Part shown: piece after piece, positions 12,627 to 23,938 of the stretch
Numbering within the stretch: position 1 is the first letter of the stretch
Layout: each line of letters begins with the position of its first letter
Assembly (NCBI GenBank): GCA_030390025.1
Contig: CM059431.1
Span: 153,080,001 to 153,144,000, forward strand
Direction of reading: 5' to 3'
DNA: 64,000 nt
From: Squalus acanthias
Lineage: Eukaryota
Translations under genes and position numbers: made by a program
Notes under the pieces: generated by a model
Told to the model about the DNA's origin: nothing
Seen by the model: the letters and a program-made list of their open reading frames with translations, nothing else
Databases searched by the model: none

Positions 12627-12989
12627 TGTAATGTCTGGCCTGGATCAACAGGTTGTTGCACATGTTGCCAAAGGACTTTGCAACCAAACTCATCAATCAG
12701 TTGACACCCACCTGTATCAGAAAGATATAAAAGGACCCTTATCCGGAGTCACAGCACTGCAGTCGGTGGGGAAGACAGACCACCCATCCCGGAGGACATC
12801 CAAGGAAGACCTCAAGCACCGCGGAACTGATCACCCCACTGCTTTGACGTGGCATGCTCAAAGGAACTGGTCGTATGTTTCATTGTTGATGAAATAAAAC
12901 AATAGCTTAGTTTACTAGACTGTCTGCGTTGTGTTATTTGGCTCTCTATCGCTTGGGTCGATAAATCCACGTGGAATAGTATTCCTACA
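12627..12989 (+). mobile_element. Possible solo LTR
   Basis: Begins TGTA and ends TACA, with an internal TATA-like gatataaaag (~12724) and aataaa (~12893); no TSD found. Confidence 0.4.
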
Positions 12990-13079
12990 CAGATCAACCA
13001 TGATCTAGTTGACTGGCAGAACAGGCTTTAGGGGCTGAATGGCCTCCTCCTGTTCCTATTTTCCAAACATCCTTCTGAG

Positions 13080-13700
13080 GTACTGAGGGAGCATTGCACT
13101 GTCATAGAGGCAGCCTCAGTACTCTACTCCCTCAGTACTGCCCCTCCATCAGCGCAGCACTCCCTCTCCAACAGTTTAACATTCCCTCAATACTGCCCCC
13201 CGTCAGCACAGCACTAGCTCAGTACTGCCCCTCCGACAGTGCAGCGCCCCCTCAGTACTGCCTCTCCGACAGTGCAGCGCTCCCTCAGTACTGCCCCTCT
13301 GACAGTGCTGCGCTCCCTCAGTACTGCCCCTCCGACAGTGTAGCACTCCCTCAGTACTGTTCCTCTGACAGTGCAGCACTCCCTCAGTACCGCCCCTACG
13401 ACAGTGTAGCACTCCCTCAGTACTGTTGCTCCGACAGTGCGGCGTCCCCTCAGTACTGTCCCTCCGACAGTGCAGCGCTCCCTCAGTACTGTCCCTCCGA
13501 CAGTGCAGCGCTCCCTCAGTACTGCCCCTCCGACTGTGCAGCGCTCCCTCAGTACTGTCAGTCCGTCAGCACAGGATTGCCTCAATACCGCCCAGGTAGC
13601 GTCAGTTGAGATTTTATACTGAGGTCCCTGGAGTGAGATTTGAACCCACTATTTTTTGACTCAAAATGCCAGAGTGCTACCCACTGACTCATGGCTGAGG
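13080..13700 (-). mobile_element. SacSINE1-like SINE head with a 33-bp array
   Basis: Array ~13115-13560; reverse-strand head ctggagtgagatttgaaccc...gtgctacccactga. Confidence 0.8.
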
Positions 13701-14081
13701 TCTAATTTTATGAAAGGAATTCCCAAGAATTGTAACCCAAATTGGCTGAAGCAATTTCCTCTTTCGTTTTTGTTATTGCTTCTTCCAGGAGTCTGTGTGT
13801 GTGGTGGGTGGGTGGTGGAAATGATTTGTCGAAGTTTCATACATTTTCATGTCACTGTTGTGTTTTCTGATAACCCATTGAGATTTCCAGCTCTTTCTGT
13901 CTGACTGTAAAGCTTTCAGTTCCTAAATTGCACCGTCTGCTAACACGTAAGTGGTTTGTTTAGGCTTCCACGTGATCTAGGAATGGAGGGAGACAAGGGT
14001 CAGTAACTTTCCTTTTTCTTATTTATTTTATTGATCTTTATTGACTAGACATACAACCAATACCCAATATTTCATAATTCA

Positions 14082-14375
14082 TGTGTCAACTGTGTCTGAG
14101 TGGTTGGCACTCTCACCTCTGAATCAGAAGCGTTTGTGGGATCAAGCCCCACTCTAGAGACCTGAGCCCATAATCTAGGCTGACACTCCCAGTGCGGTAC
14201 TGAGGGAGCGTTGCACTGTCGAATGTGTTGTCATTCGAATGAGACGTTTAACCGCCGGCACCGTCTGCTCTCTTAGGTGGACGGTTAAGATCCCATGGCA
14301 CTATTTTCGAAGAAGAGCAGGGGAGTTCTCCCGGTGTCCAGGCCAAGATTTATCCCTCAACCAACATCACTAAAA
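14082..14375 (+). mobile_element. SacSINE1-like SINE, 5' part (unexpanded); a matching 3' part lies at ~16742-16900
   Basis: tRNA-like head, a single cagtgcggtactgagggagcgttgcactg unit and the Deu domain. Confidence 0.8.
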
Positions 14376-14379
14376 AATG

Positions 14380-14700
14380 CCAAAGCAAAATACTGCGGAT
14401 GCTGGAAATCTGAAATAAAAACAGAAAATGCTGGAAATACTCAGCCGGTCAGGCAGCATCTGTGGAGAGAGAGACAGAGTTAACGTTTCAGGCCGATGAC
14501 CCTTCGTCAGAACTGGAAAAAGTTGGAGATGGAACAGGTTTTTAAGCAAGTGTTGAGGCAGGGAAAGGGGGGAGGGGAGGATAGAACAAAAGGGAAGGTC
14601 CTCGATAGGATGGAAGGCAGGAGAGATTAAGAGACATTAAGTGATGGTGCAAGGCAAAAGGAGATGGTAATGGGACAAGTTGAGAAAGAAAAGATGACTC
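14380..14700 (-). mobile_element. Penelope-type terminal sequence carrying a hammerhead motif
   Basis: Minus strand agttCTGACGAagggtcatcggcctGAAAcgttaact...gatgctgcctgaccggctgagtatttccagcattt. Confidence 0.65.
14478..14514 (-). ncRNA. Minimal type-I hammerhead ribozyme motif
   Basis: Stem I AGUU/AACU; core CUGACGA; stem II GGGUC/GGCCU; GAAA; palindromic stem III ACGU; predicted cleavage after GUU. Confidence 0.6.
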
Positions 14701-14711
14701 GAAACTCTTTC

Positions 14712-15680
14712 CCTGCAGCGCTCCCTCAGTACTGCCCCTCCGACAGCGCAGCGCTCCCTCAGTACTGTCCCTCCGACAGTACAACGCTCCCTCATTACTG
14801 CACCTCCGACAGAGCAGCGCTCCCTCAGTACTGTCCCTCCGACAGTGCAACGCTCCCTCAGTACTGCCCCTCCGACAGTGCAGCGCTCCCTCAGTACTGC
14901 CCCTCCGACAGTGCAGCGCTCCCTCAGTACTGTCCCTTCCGACAGTGCAGCGCTCCCTCAGTACTGACCCTCCGACAGTGCAGCGCTCCCTCAGTACTGA
15001 CCCTCTGACAGTGCAGCACTCCCTCAGTACTGCCCCACCGACAGTGCAGCGCTCCTTCAGTACTGCTCCTCCGACAGTGCAGCACTCCCTCAGTACTGCC
15101 CCTCCGACAGTGCAGCGCTCCCTCAGTACTGTCCCTCCGACAGTGCAGCACTCCCTCAGCACTGCCCCTCCGATAATGCAGCGCTCCCTCAGTACTGCCC
15201 CTCCGACAGTGCAACACTCCCTCAGTATTGCCTCTCCGACAGTGCGGCACTTCCTCAGTACTGTCCCTCCGACAGCGCAGCGCTCCCTCAGTACTGTCCC
15301 ATCCGACAGTACAACAATCCCTCATTACTGCACCTCCGACAGAGCAGCGCTCCCTCAGTACTGCCCCTCCGACAATGCAGCACTCCCTCAGTTCTGCCCC
15401 TCCGACAGTGCAGCGCTCCCTCATTACTGTCCCTCCGACAGTGCAGCGCTCCCTCAGTACTGCCCCTCTGACAGTGCAGCGCTCCCTCAGTACTGCCCCT
15501 CTGACAGTGCAGCGCTCCCTCAGTACTGCCCCTGTGACAGTGCAGCGCTCCCTCAGTACTGTCCCTCCGACAGTGCAGCGCTCCCTCAGTACTGACACTG
15601 GCAGAATCAGCTTATATTATGGCTTCGTCTCTGGAGTGGGGTTTGAACCCACAACCTTCTGACCTAGCGGCGAGTGTGAT
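14712..15680 (-). mobile_element. SacSINE1-like SINE head with a 33-bp array (~14712-15595)
   Basis: ~27 copies of the 33-bp unit followed by the reverse head ctggagtggggtttgaacccacaaccttctgac. Confidence 0.85.
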
Positions 15681-16029
15681 CAAGGTCCTATCCACAGAGG
15701 AGGCCTTTAATATTATCACCTGAGTGCCACCTCCTCACAACCAGCAACAACACACGCCGTTGTTTTTTAGAAGCAGTGAGTAGGCCGGAGAGGAAGGAGC
15801 GCACAACCTTGTCCTCACAGGCTTGCTTAAATCTCACTTGCATGTCGAAGGCACTACCAGGTCTATAGAACCTTATTTTCTGATCTCAATCTTTTTCTTG
15901 CACTTCTGCATCAATTGTTTCTTCCTGTTCGAAATTCCTCTGTTCAGATTTAGACTGGAAACTGGTCCTAACTTAACAGCCGGTAACTGCACAAACGCGC
16001 CACAGGGTGGTGCTCAAGAACCATCACTT

Positions 16030-16738
16030 GGGCCGTGTTTTACGATCTCGACGGGTGTGTCCGCGCTGTGTACTCACCTGTAGGGACATCGGAAATGCCC
16101 GTTTCAGGCATGCACAGCGCATGCGCTGAAAACCGGCATTTCCGATCTGACCAGAATCCTCTCGACAGATCGCTCGCCTGCCCTGGAGAAGGACCTCTGC
16201 GGGTGGAGAGTTCGCTTTCTGCAGAACCTCCAGCCCGCTTTTACCAGCAGAAGAGTTGAAAAAAGTTTTAAAAAAAAATTTCACTCATTTATTATTTAAA
16301 AATACTTTTAAAAAAGGGAAGTTTATTTTTAGCTCCGTCAAAAACTTTAATTATTTTTTACAAAAAATTAAATTTTTGTTTAAAATATTTAATTTATTGT
16401 CATTTCAACTCATTTTAAAAATGTGATGGTTTTTGTTAAATTGATTTCATGTTTTACAGTGTTTTTGGGGTGATCTCCACTCATATATTCGACAGGTCTA
16501 CCTGTCAAGGTTATGAAGGGAGATTCCCTTCTCCTATTGGCTCCCCATGGCCCACGTGATCCCAGGGATACTTGCGAACCGCACGCACCCCTCAGATACC
16601 TGGGCCCTGTGCATTTCGAGTTGGAGAGGCCCAGGAACGGAAGTATACGCACCTCGGGAGCCCTCAGGTAAGTCCGTAGATTTTTTCCAGATCGGAGGCG
16701 TCCACACACAGGAAGCGTCCGATCGGGAAATACGGGGC
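16030..16738. mobile_element. Non-autonomous DNA transposon (MITE, probably Harbinger-type)
   Basis: Imperfect terminal inverted repeats gggccgtgttttacgatc...gatcgggaaatacggggc; homologous to 19617-20183 (shared cacgtgatcccagg...cttgcgaaccgc). Confidence 0.6.
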
Positions 16739-17249
16739 AATACTTGGTCATTATCACATTGCTGTTTGTGGGAGCTTGCTGTGCGCAAAATGGCTGCGGC
16801 GTTTCCTATATTACAGCAGTGACTGCATTGCCAACGCGATTCATTGGCTGTAAAGAGCTTTGGGATGTCCTGAAGTCATGAGAGGTGCTATATAAAAACA
16901 ATTATTTTTTTTCTTTTGCTCTCAATACCTCTTCCCCCCCAAATTGCTTTCTGTAAAATATTGGGACGTCAACTTTTTACTCATGTCTAGAATCAGGGTT
17001 TAAACAAAATAATAAAAAGACATTTGTCACAAACATGATTTAGTTTATCATTCGAATTGTTTTTGTGTCTTTTAATATCTCCAGTAAAATATTTGTTTGA
17101 AGGCCTGAGATTCTCCCGAAAGCCAGGACCTGGATTTGGTATTTTTGCCCAGAATCGTCACTCTGTTGGCTGAGGTCACGTCCTGGAGTCTGAGTCTGTG
17201 CAGTTAGAATGTTTCGCTCTCAATCATTCGATTGCGCTGCAGAACGTTT

Positions 17250-18822
17250 CCCGCGGATTGGAAGGTAGCAAATGTAACCCCACTGTTTAAGAAAGGAGGG
17301 AGAGAGAAAACGGGGAACTACCGACCAGTCAGCCTGACATCAGTAGTAGGGAAAATGCTTAAGGACGTGGTAACAGGGCACTTAAAAAACAATAATAGGA
17401 TTGGGCAGAGTCAACACGGATTTATGAAAGGGAAATCGTGTTTGACAAATCTGTTAGAGGTTTTTGAGGTTGTAACTAGCAGAATAGATAAGAGGGAACC
17501 AGTGGATGTGATGTATTTGGATTTTTTCAAAATGCATTCCTTAAGGTGACACACAAGAGTTTATTAAACAAAATTAGGGCTCATGGGATTGGGGATAATA
17601 TACTAGCATGGATTGAGAATTGTTTAATGGACAGAAAACAGAGAGTAGGAATAAACAGGTAATTTTTGAGTTGGCAGGCTGTAACTAGTGGGGTACCGCA
17701 AGGATCAGTGCTTGGGCCTCAGTTATTCACAATCTACATCAATGATTTGGATGAGGGGACCAAATGTAATATTTCCAAGTTTGCTGATGATACAAAGCTG
17801 GCTGGGAATGTAAGTTGTGAGGAGGATGCAAGGAGGCTTCAAGGGGATATAGACAGGCTAAGTGAGTGGACAAGAACATGGCAAATGGAATATAATGTGG
17901 AGAAATGTGAAGTTATCCACTTTGGTAGGAAAAATAGAAAAGCAGAGTCTTTTTTAAATGATGAGAGATTGGGAAATGTTGGTGTTCAGAAGGACCCGGG
18001 TGTCCTTGTACATGAATCACTGAAAGTTAACATGCAGGTACAGCAAGCAATTAGGAAAGCAAATGGTATGTTGGCGTTTATTACAAGAGGATTTGAGTAT
18101 AAGAGTAAAGATGTCTTACTGCAATTATGATGCGGAGATGCCGGTGTTGGACTGGGGTGGACAAAATTGAGAGGTCGCACAACACCAGGTTATAGTCCAA
18201 CAGTTTTATTTGAAATCACAAGCTTTCGGAGCTATCGATTGCTCCTTCCTCACCTGAGGCCACACCTGGAGTATTGTGTACAGTTTCGGTCTCCTTACCT
18301 AAGGAAGGATATACTTGACATAGAGGGAGTGCAACGAAGGTTCACCAGACTGGTTCCTGGGATGGGGGGATTGTCCTATGAGGAGAGATTGAGTGGACTC
18401 GGCCTATATTCTCTGGAGTTCAGAAGAATGAGATGTGATCTCATTGAAACATACAAAATCCTTACAGGGCTTGACAGGGTAGATGCAGGGAAGATGTTTC
18501 CCCTGTCTGGGGAGTCTAGAGCCAGGGGTCACAGTCTCAGAATAAGGGGTCGGCCATTTACGACTGAGATGAGGAGAAATTTCTTCACACAGAGGGTGGT
18601 GAATCTTTGGAATTCTCTACCCCAGAGGGCTGTGGAAGCTCAGTCGTTGAGTATATTCAAGACAGAGATCGATTGATTTTTGAATATTAAGGGAATCAAG
18701 GGATCTGGGATAGTGCAGGAAAGTGGAAATGAGGTAGAAGATCAGCCATGATCTTATTGAATGGCGGAGCAGGCTCGAAGGGCCAAATGGCCGACTCCTG
18801 CTCCTATTTCTTATGTTCTTAT
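17250..18822 (+). mobile_element. CR1 LINE RT region to 3' end, frameshifted, interrupted by a Penelope terminus at ~18130-18256
   Basis: DWKVANVTPLFKKG, GVPQGSVLGP, KFADDTKL RT motifs; the insert contains caacaccaggttatagtccaacag, shared with ~45540. Confidence 0.93.
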
Positions 18823-19344
18823 TACTTGAAGAAAATCAGGTAAAATTTGTATTGACTTTTTATTTAAAAAACTGAGAAGCTATGTGTATCTATGAGAGAG
18901 CAAATAAGAAATGCTTAGTTGTACTCATGACACATCTGTTGTAGCTTTAACTGATATTCAAATTATGCTCTATAAAGTTCTGAAAGTGTATCAAACTGAG
19001 AGATAAAGAGAAACGCACAGTATCTTTGCTCATCCTAATTGGATGTATTAAAAAAAATATCAGTTGCATTTTAAAATAATAAGGACAACCTTTAATAATA
19101 ACCTGATAATCATCTTTTTTTTTGATAGACAATATAAGCATTCTCATTACTAACACTGCGAAACAGAGAGGTAGAAGCAGAGAAAGATGAACACATAAAT
19201 AGACAAAGTGTTATTCTTCCTCCCAATTTGAATTCTTTTTGAAATTAAATCACTGAATTTTGAAAAAAGAAGAGAAAGCCCCTAATTATCCCTGGATATA
19301 ACCTGTCCTTTGTTGATAGTTAGAAAATGTAAACGTTCGAGCTA

Positions 19345-19615
19345 TCTGAGAAACAGAGAAACAGAGACAGAGTGAAAGAGAGACAGAGACAGAGAGAGAA
19401 ACAGAAACAGACAGGGAGAGACACACAGAGACAGAGAGAGAGAGGGTGACAGAGAGAGAGAGAGAGAAACAGAGAGAGAACGAGACAGAGAAACAGAGAA
19501 AGACACAGAGACAGAGAAACAGAGAGAGAGCCAGAGAGAAACAGACAGAGTGGGAAACTCAGAGAGAGAGACAGGGAGTAACAGAGGTACAGAGAGAACA
19601 CAGAGAAGGAGACAG
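19345..19615. repeat. (AG/AGAC)n low-complexity block
   Basis: Direct inspection. Confidence 0.9.
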
Positions 19616-19616
19616 C

Positions 19617-20183
19617 GGGCTGGATTTTACGACCCTTACGGGTGTGTATGAGGTGTGTACGCACCCGTAAGGACCACGCAAGTTCCGGGTTTAGGCATGC
19701 GAAGCACATGCGCCAAAACCCGGAATTTGTGATCTGTCAAGAATCTTGACAGATCCTCCACATCCCCGGGAGAAGGGCCTCTGCGGGGGGACAGTTGCGC
19801 TATTTGCAAAGCTTCCGCCCGCTGAATGCCCGGGAAATTCGTACGCCTTGTAAAAGCGGGCGTAAGGTCTGCTTTTACCAGCATAAGAGTTTTAAAAAAC
19901 AGAAAAATAAAATGTTATCACTCGTATATTATCTGTACGCACGGAACTCCCATAAGTATGAATAGGGATTCTCTTCTTTTAATGGTAGGGCCGGCCCACG
20001 TGATCCCAGGGGCCCTTGCGAACCGCCTGCACCCCTGGGATACGTGGGCCTCAGCCCGCGCGGACCCGGAGAGGCCCAGGATCGCGAGTCTCCATACCTC
20101 CCGGGCCACCAGGTAAATTCGTAGATTTTTTACAGGTCGGAGGAATCCGCCTGCAGGAAGCCTCCGATCGCAAATTTTGGGCC
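19617..20183. mobile_element. MITE related to 16030-16738
   Basis: Starts gggctggatttt, the same terminus as the Harbinger element at 22177; internal homology to the 16030 element. Confidence 0.6.
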
Positions 20184-20584
20184 AGAGAGAGAGACTGAGA
20201 GACAGAGAGAGAGAGAAAGACTGAGAGACTGAGATAAAGAAAAACAGAGAGAGTTACATCAATGGAAAGGAATACCGGTCGAGGTGCACAATGGGCGGCC
20301 AATGTGATATTGCCCGTTTGACACCATCGCCCAATGTTAAATTACCGCCCTTACCCACCCTCCCCCCACCCTCCTTTTCTCCTACAGGTGGCAACTCCAA
20401 CGATCAGGGTGGGGGAGGGGCTGCTCCTCGTGCCCCTCCCATTCAGGTGGTGATGGGGGTCGGAAGAGGCGGGACTAGCGGGGGTGACATCCCCCGCCCG
20501 TTCTGCCTCGCCAGTGGCCAGTGGAACGCACGTACGCAAGGACGCCAACAAAAGGGTGGGCGGGGCAAATAACGGTCCCCTAAA

Positions 20585-21027
20585 AAGCCCCTTTCACCAT
20601 CTCAGGACGTCCCAAAGCGCTTTATCGCCAATGAAGAGCTTTCGAAGTGTAGTCCCTGTTGGAATGCAGGAAACGCGGCAGCTAATTTACACACAGCAAG
20701 ATCCCGCAAACAGCAAAGAGATGAATCACCAGCTGATCTTTTTGGAAGTGAATGTTGGATCAGGCGATAATAAATATTGGGCCCAGTGCACTCGGGAGAA
20801 CTCCCCTGCTCTCCTTCCAATAGTGCCCTGGGATCTTTGACTTCCACCTGAGAGGGCAGGCGGGGCCGCAGTTTAACGTCTCATGTGAAAGTCGACACCA
20901 TGGGAAGTCCCACGCTCCCTGCAGCACTGAACTGGGAGTGTCGGCCTGGATCACGGGCTCGAGTCTCAGAACCCATGACCTCCTGACTCAGAGGCAAGCG
21001 TGCTACCCACTGAGACACAGCTGACAC
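20585..21027 (-). mobile_element. SacSINE1-like SINE, near full length
   Basis: Reverse head, Deu domain and tail all present. Confidence 0.85.
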
Positions 21028-21253
21028 CTTCAGAGTGCAGCTCAGTGTCAAGCACGTTGGTGAGGGGCTCAAGTTACTTATAGACCTGACTCAGGAAGGA
21101 CATCTTCCTAAAGGACATCAGTAAATGTCCAGACTCACCAAGACTGTTTACAAGTGATATATGGTATTCGTTCTTTGAAAGAAGCATGCCTGTCAAGTTA
21201 ATTCAACTCAAACACCGGACTAATTGAGAGTGGAAATTATTGTTAAACTTTAA

Positions 21254-21790
21254 GGGGGAAAAATTTGCTTGCTTTGCGCCTCCCGTCATCGCCGTGCGCA
21301 GCGCCCCGTTCGCGCCCCGGCCGCGATCTTCGGTAACGCCCCCCTGACTTACAGGGGGGCCTACCTGCGGCCGGGGCGGCGCTATTTAAAGGCGAGGTGC
21401 CGGGCGGACATTTTTGTTGCTGGCCGCCTGCCAACACCTGCCTCCGCTGCCGTCCCCGGCCTCCTGACCCGCCCCCCGCGGAGTGCCGGCTGCGCTCCGT
21501 GTGCCCCGGCACTTCTCTTGAGTGCCGGGCTCTTTTGCCGGCACTCTGATCCCTGGTGGCCCAGCTGGGCCCCGGGTTGTGCTGCGCCAGGCCCCGTCCC
21601 CTTTAAGAAGGGGAGGAAGGCCTGCAATCCCGCGGCGCGACGTGCCGCGGCGCCCGTAGCGCCGTGATATTCCCTCGCAGCGCCCCAAGAGGCGCTACCA
21701 CTCAACTTCGGCCGCGGGGGCGCGAAGCTTTCTGGGTAGCGCCCCGGCAAAGTTAGCGCCCCAAAGGGGGCACGACTCGATTTTTCCCCC
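21254..21790. mobile_element. CpG-rich MITE
   Basis: TIR gggggaaaaat...atttttccccc with flanks taa/gaa; the same family occurs inverted at 30097-30790. Confidence 0.7.
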
Positions 21791-22176
21791 GAAGACTTTT
21801 ATCAAGAATTTATTTTAAAAGAAAAGAAGTGACCAATTAGGAAAGTGATCTTGATTCTGGTTAGACCAAAGAATTGATTTAGCAGCAATACAGACATTTA
21901 GTCACCTCTACAGCAGACATCCAGCTACCATTAACAGAGGTAGATAGAAGTATTAAAGCTGTCATGGAGGACCTGCTGGCTAGTAGTGTAAACTTTACTC
22001 CAGTAGAGAGCTGGGGGTATCTGTGCACAAATCGTCGAAGGTGGCAGGGCAGGTTGAGAAAGCAGTTAAAAAAGCTTATGGGATCCTGGGCTTCATGAAT
22101 AGAGGCATCGAGTACAAAAGCAAGGAAGTTATGATGAATCTTTATAAAGCACTGGTTCGGTCTCGACTGGAGTATT

Positions 22177-23938
22177 GGGCTGGATTTTGTCATTGGGGCG
22201 GGCTTGGGGCGTGTCAGGTGATCGGCGTGTCAGGACCCCGCCTCCGATGTGAGGCGGGACAAAGTGCGATTTTGCCCTAATTGGGCTCTTGATTTCCAGC
22301 GTGTGGGAACCCCTGGCCCAATGAGTCTTTTCATACAGAAACTCGCCTCCGATGACGTCATCTATGCAGCTGGATTTAAGGCCTGCGAGCAGCCTTGCTT
22401 CTTTTTCAGCCTCACAACTTTATCAACATACTTCTGAGGGATTCCTGCTGCGACTATGTCCAGCACCAGTCCAAAGTGTGCACCCAGAGTCGATGAGGCC
22501 TCCCTCCAAGCTCTGATAGACGGAGCAAGAGCAAACAAGGAAGTGCTCTTTCCTTCCTCAGGGAGGAAAAAGCCTCCACAACAGACCAAAGCTGTGTGGC
22601 TGCAAGTGGCACAGGAGGTGAATGCGATTTCAATGTGCAGCAGAACCTGGCTGCAGTGCCGAAAGAGCTTTCATGACCTTCTCCACACAGGAAAAGTGAG
22701 TATTCCATCCCCATGACCCTCAATCTGATCCCCATCGCCTCTCATCACCAGCACTCTGCCTTGTCAACCTCCTCGCTCACATCCCACTTCACCCTTACAT
22801 CCCTGCACCCTTACCCATTCCCTCTCTCTGTATGTTCACATTCACTTAACTATTCGACTATACAGCCCTCACACTCCCTGTCACTGTGATGCTATGACAA
22901 CAGCTTACAACACACAGGGAGGGCCCTTGGTCTTGGCACCTCGCTCCATCTTTATGTCCTTCTAAGCATCTATGCTATGGATTCTCTACACTCACTCCTT
23001 CATTCTCATTCAAACTCCACTTGGGTCCCTCATTGCAGGAAAAGAGAGCCCACAATAAGAGGGAGAGGACGAGGACAGGAGGAGGGCCACCCTCAATAGC
23101 CCAGCTCACCACTGCGGAGGAGGTGGCCCTGGAGATCGTGGGAGTGGAGGAGGATGCGCAAGTGGGGGACGGACAGACGGGCGCATCAGAGCAAGCTGGT
23201 GACAGAATAGTTTTTCATCTCTCTCATTGACATTGCATGAGTGACTGATATTGATTCTGATGCTCTAACAGATTGACTTATGATGAGCTGCACATTTCAA
23301 TGTGCATGCAACCTTTATCTCACATGTCTAACTCTTTCCTTTACTCCCCCACAGGACCAGCGACAGCCCCCCTCCCCACTGTCCAGGAGGAAAGGAAATA
23401 AATGGTTCCCATTCTTCTGGTATATACCACAGTTGAGGAAGCGCTCAGTCAAGGTGAGGAGAGGGGTTTCCCTGGAGGTCACACTGGAGATGGGTCTCAG
23501 GCTCCAAACTTCCACAACAATGAGTAGGCCTGCTAAAAGTTCCCCCAGACCTGAGACAACAAAGTTCTGCCACCTGCAAATGATGATTGCTGAAAACTCC
23601 TTTTTGATGGTGGAGCTGCAGCTGTTAGTAAGCAATCCACTTGTGAGGCCGCCAGGATTAACTGGCGTGTTCCAGAGGAGACGTGCAGGACGGGGGAAGA
23701 GTGTTAAATTCAGAAAGGCCTCTCAAAATTGGATTATAGAGGCACGTAATCGGTAGTTAAGGGCCTTAGGGGCCTATCTCGGGATAGGCGGGATGGAAAC
23801 GGGGTCTAAAACCCCGATTCTGGGAAAATTGCTCGGAGGCGGGCTGGAGGCGGGATCGGTGCCGCCCACAATTTTTTGCGATTTTAACACTTCACACGCC
23901 TCCAATCCCGCCTCCTCGGGCCTGGCAAAATCGAGCCC
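22177..23938 (+). mobile_element. PIF/Harbinger-type DNA transposon (internally deleted) inserted in a CR1
   Basis: TIR gggctggattttg / caaaatcgagccc (12 of 13 match); 3-bp TSD ATT (22174-76 and 23939-41); removing it rejoins the CR1 sequence ctggagtattgtgtc; carries a Myb/SANT gene. Confidence 0.85.
22456..23401 (+). CDS. Spliced Myb/SANT-like DNA-binding protein of the Harbinger element (exons 22456-22695, 23039-23198, 23355-23401; ~148 aa)
   Basis: APRVDEASLQALIDG...VLFP...W..VAQEVN...RTWLQCRKSFHDL | EKRAHNKRERTRTGGGP, typical of the Harbinger Myb-like ORF (NAIF1/MSANTD-like); GT-AG introns with compatible phases 0 and 1. Confidence 0.75.

Noticed and set aside
23400..23760. Harbinger transposase remnant
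   Set aside because: No DDE motifs were recognisable in either strand's ORFs, so it cannot be supported without an HMM search.
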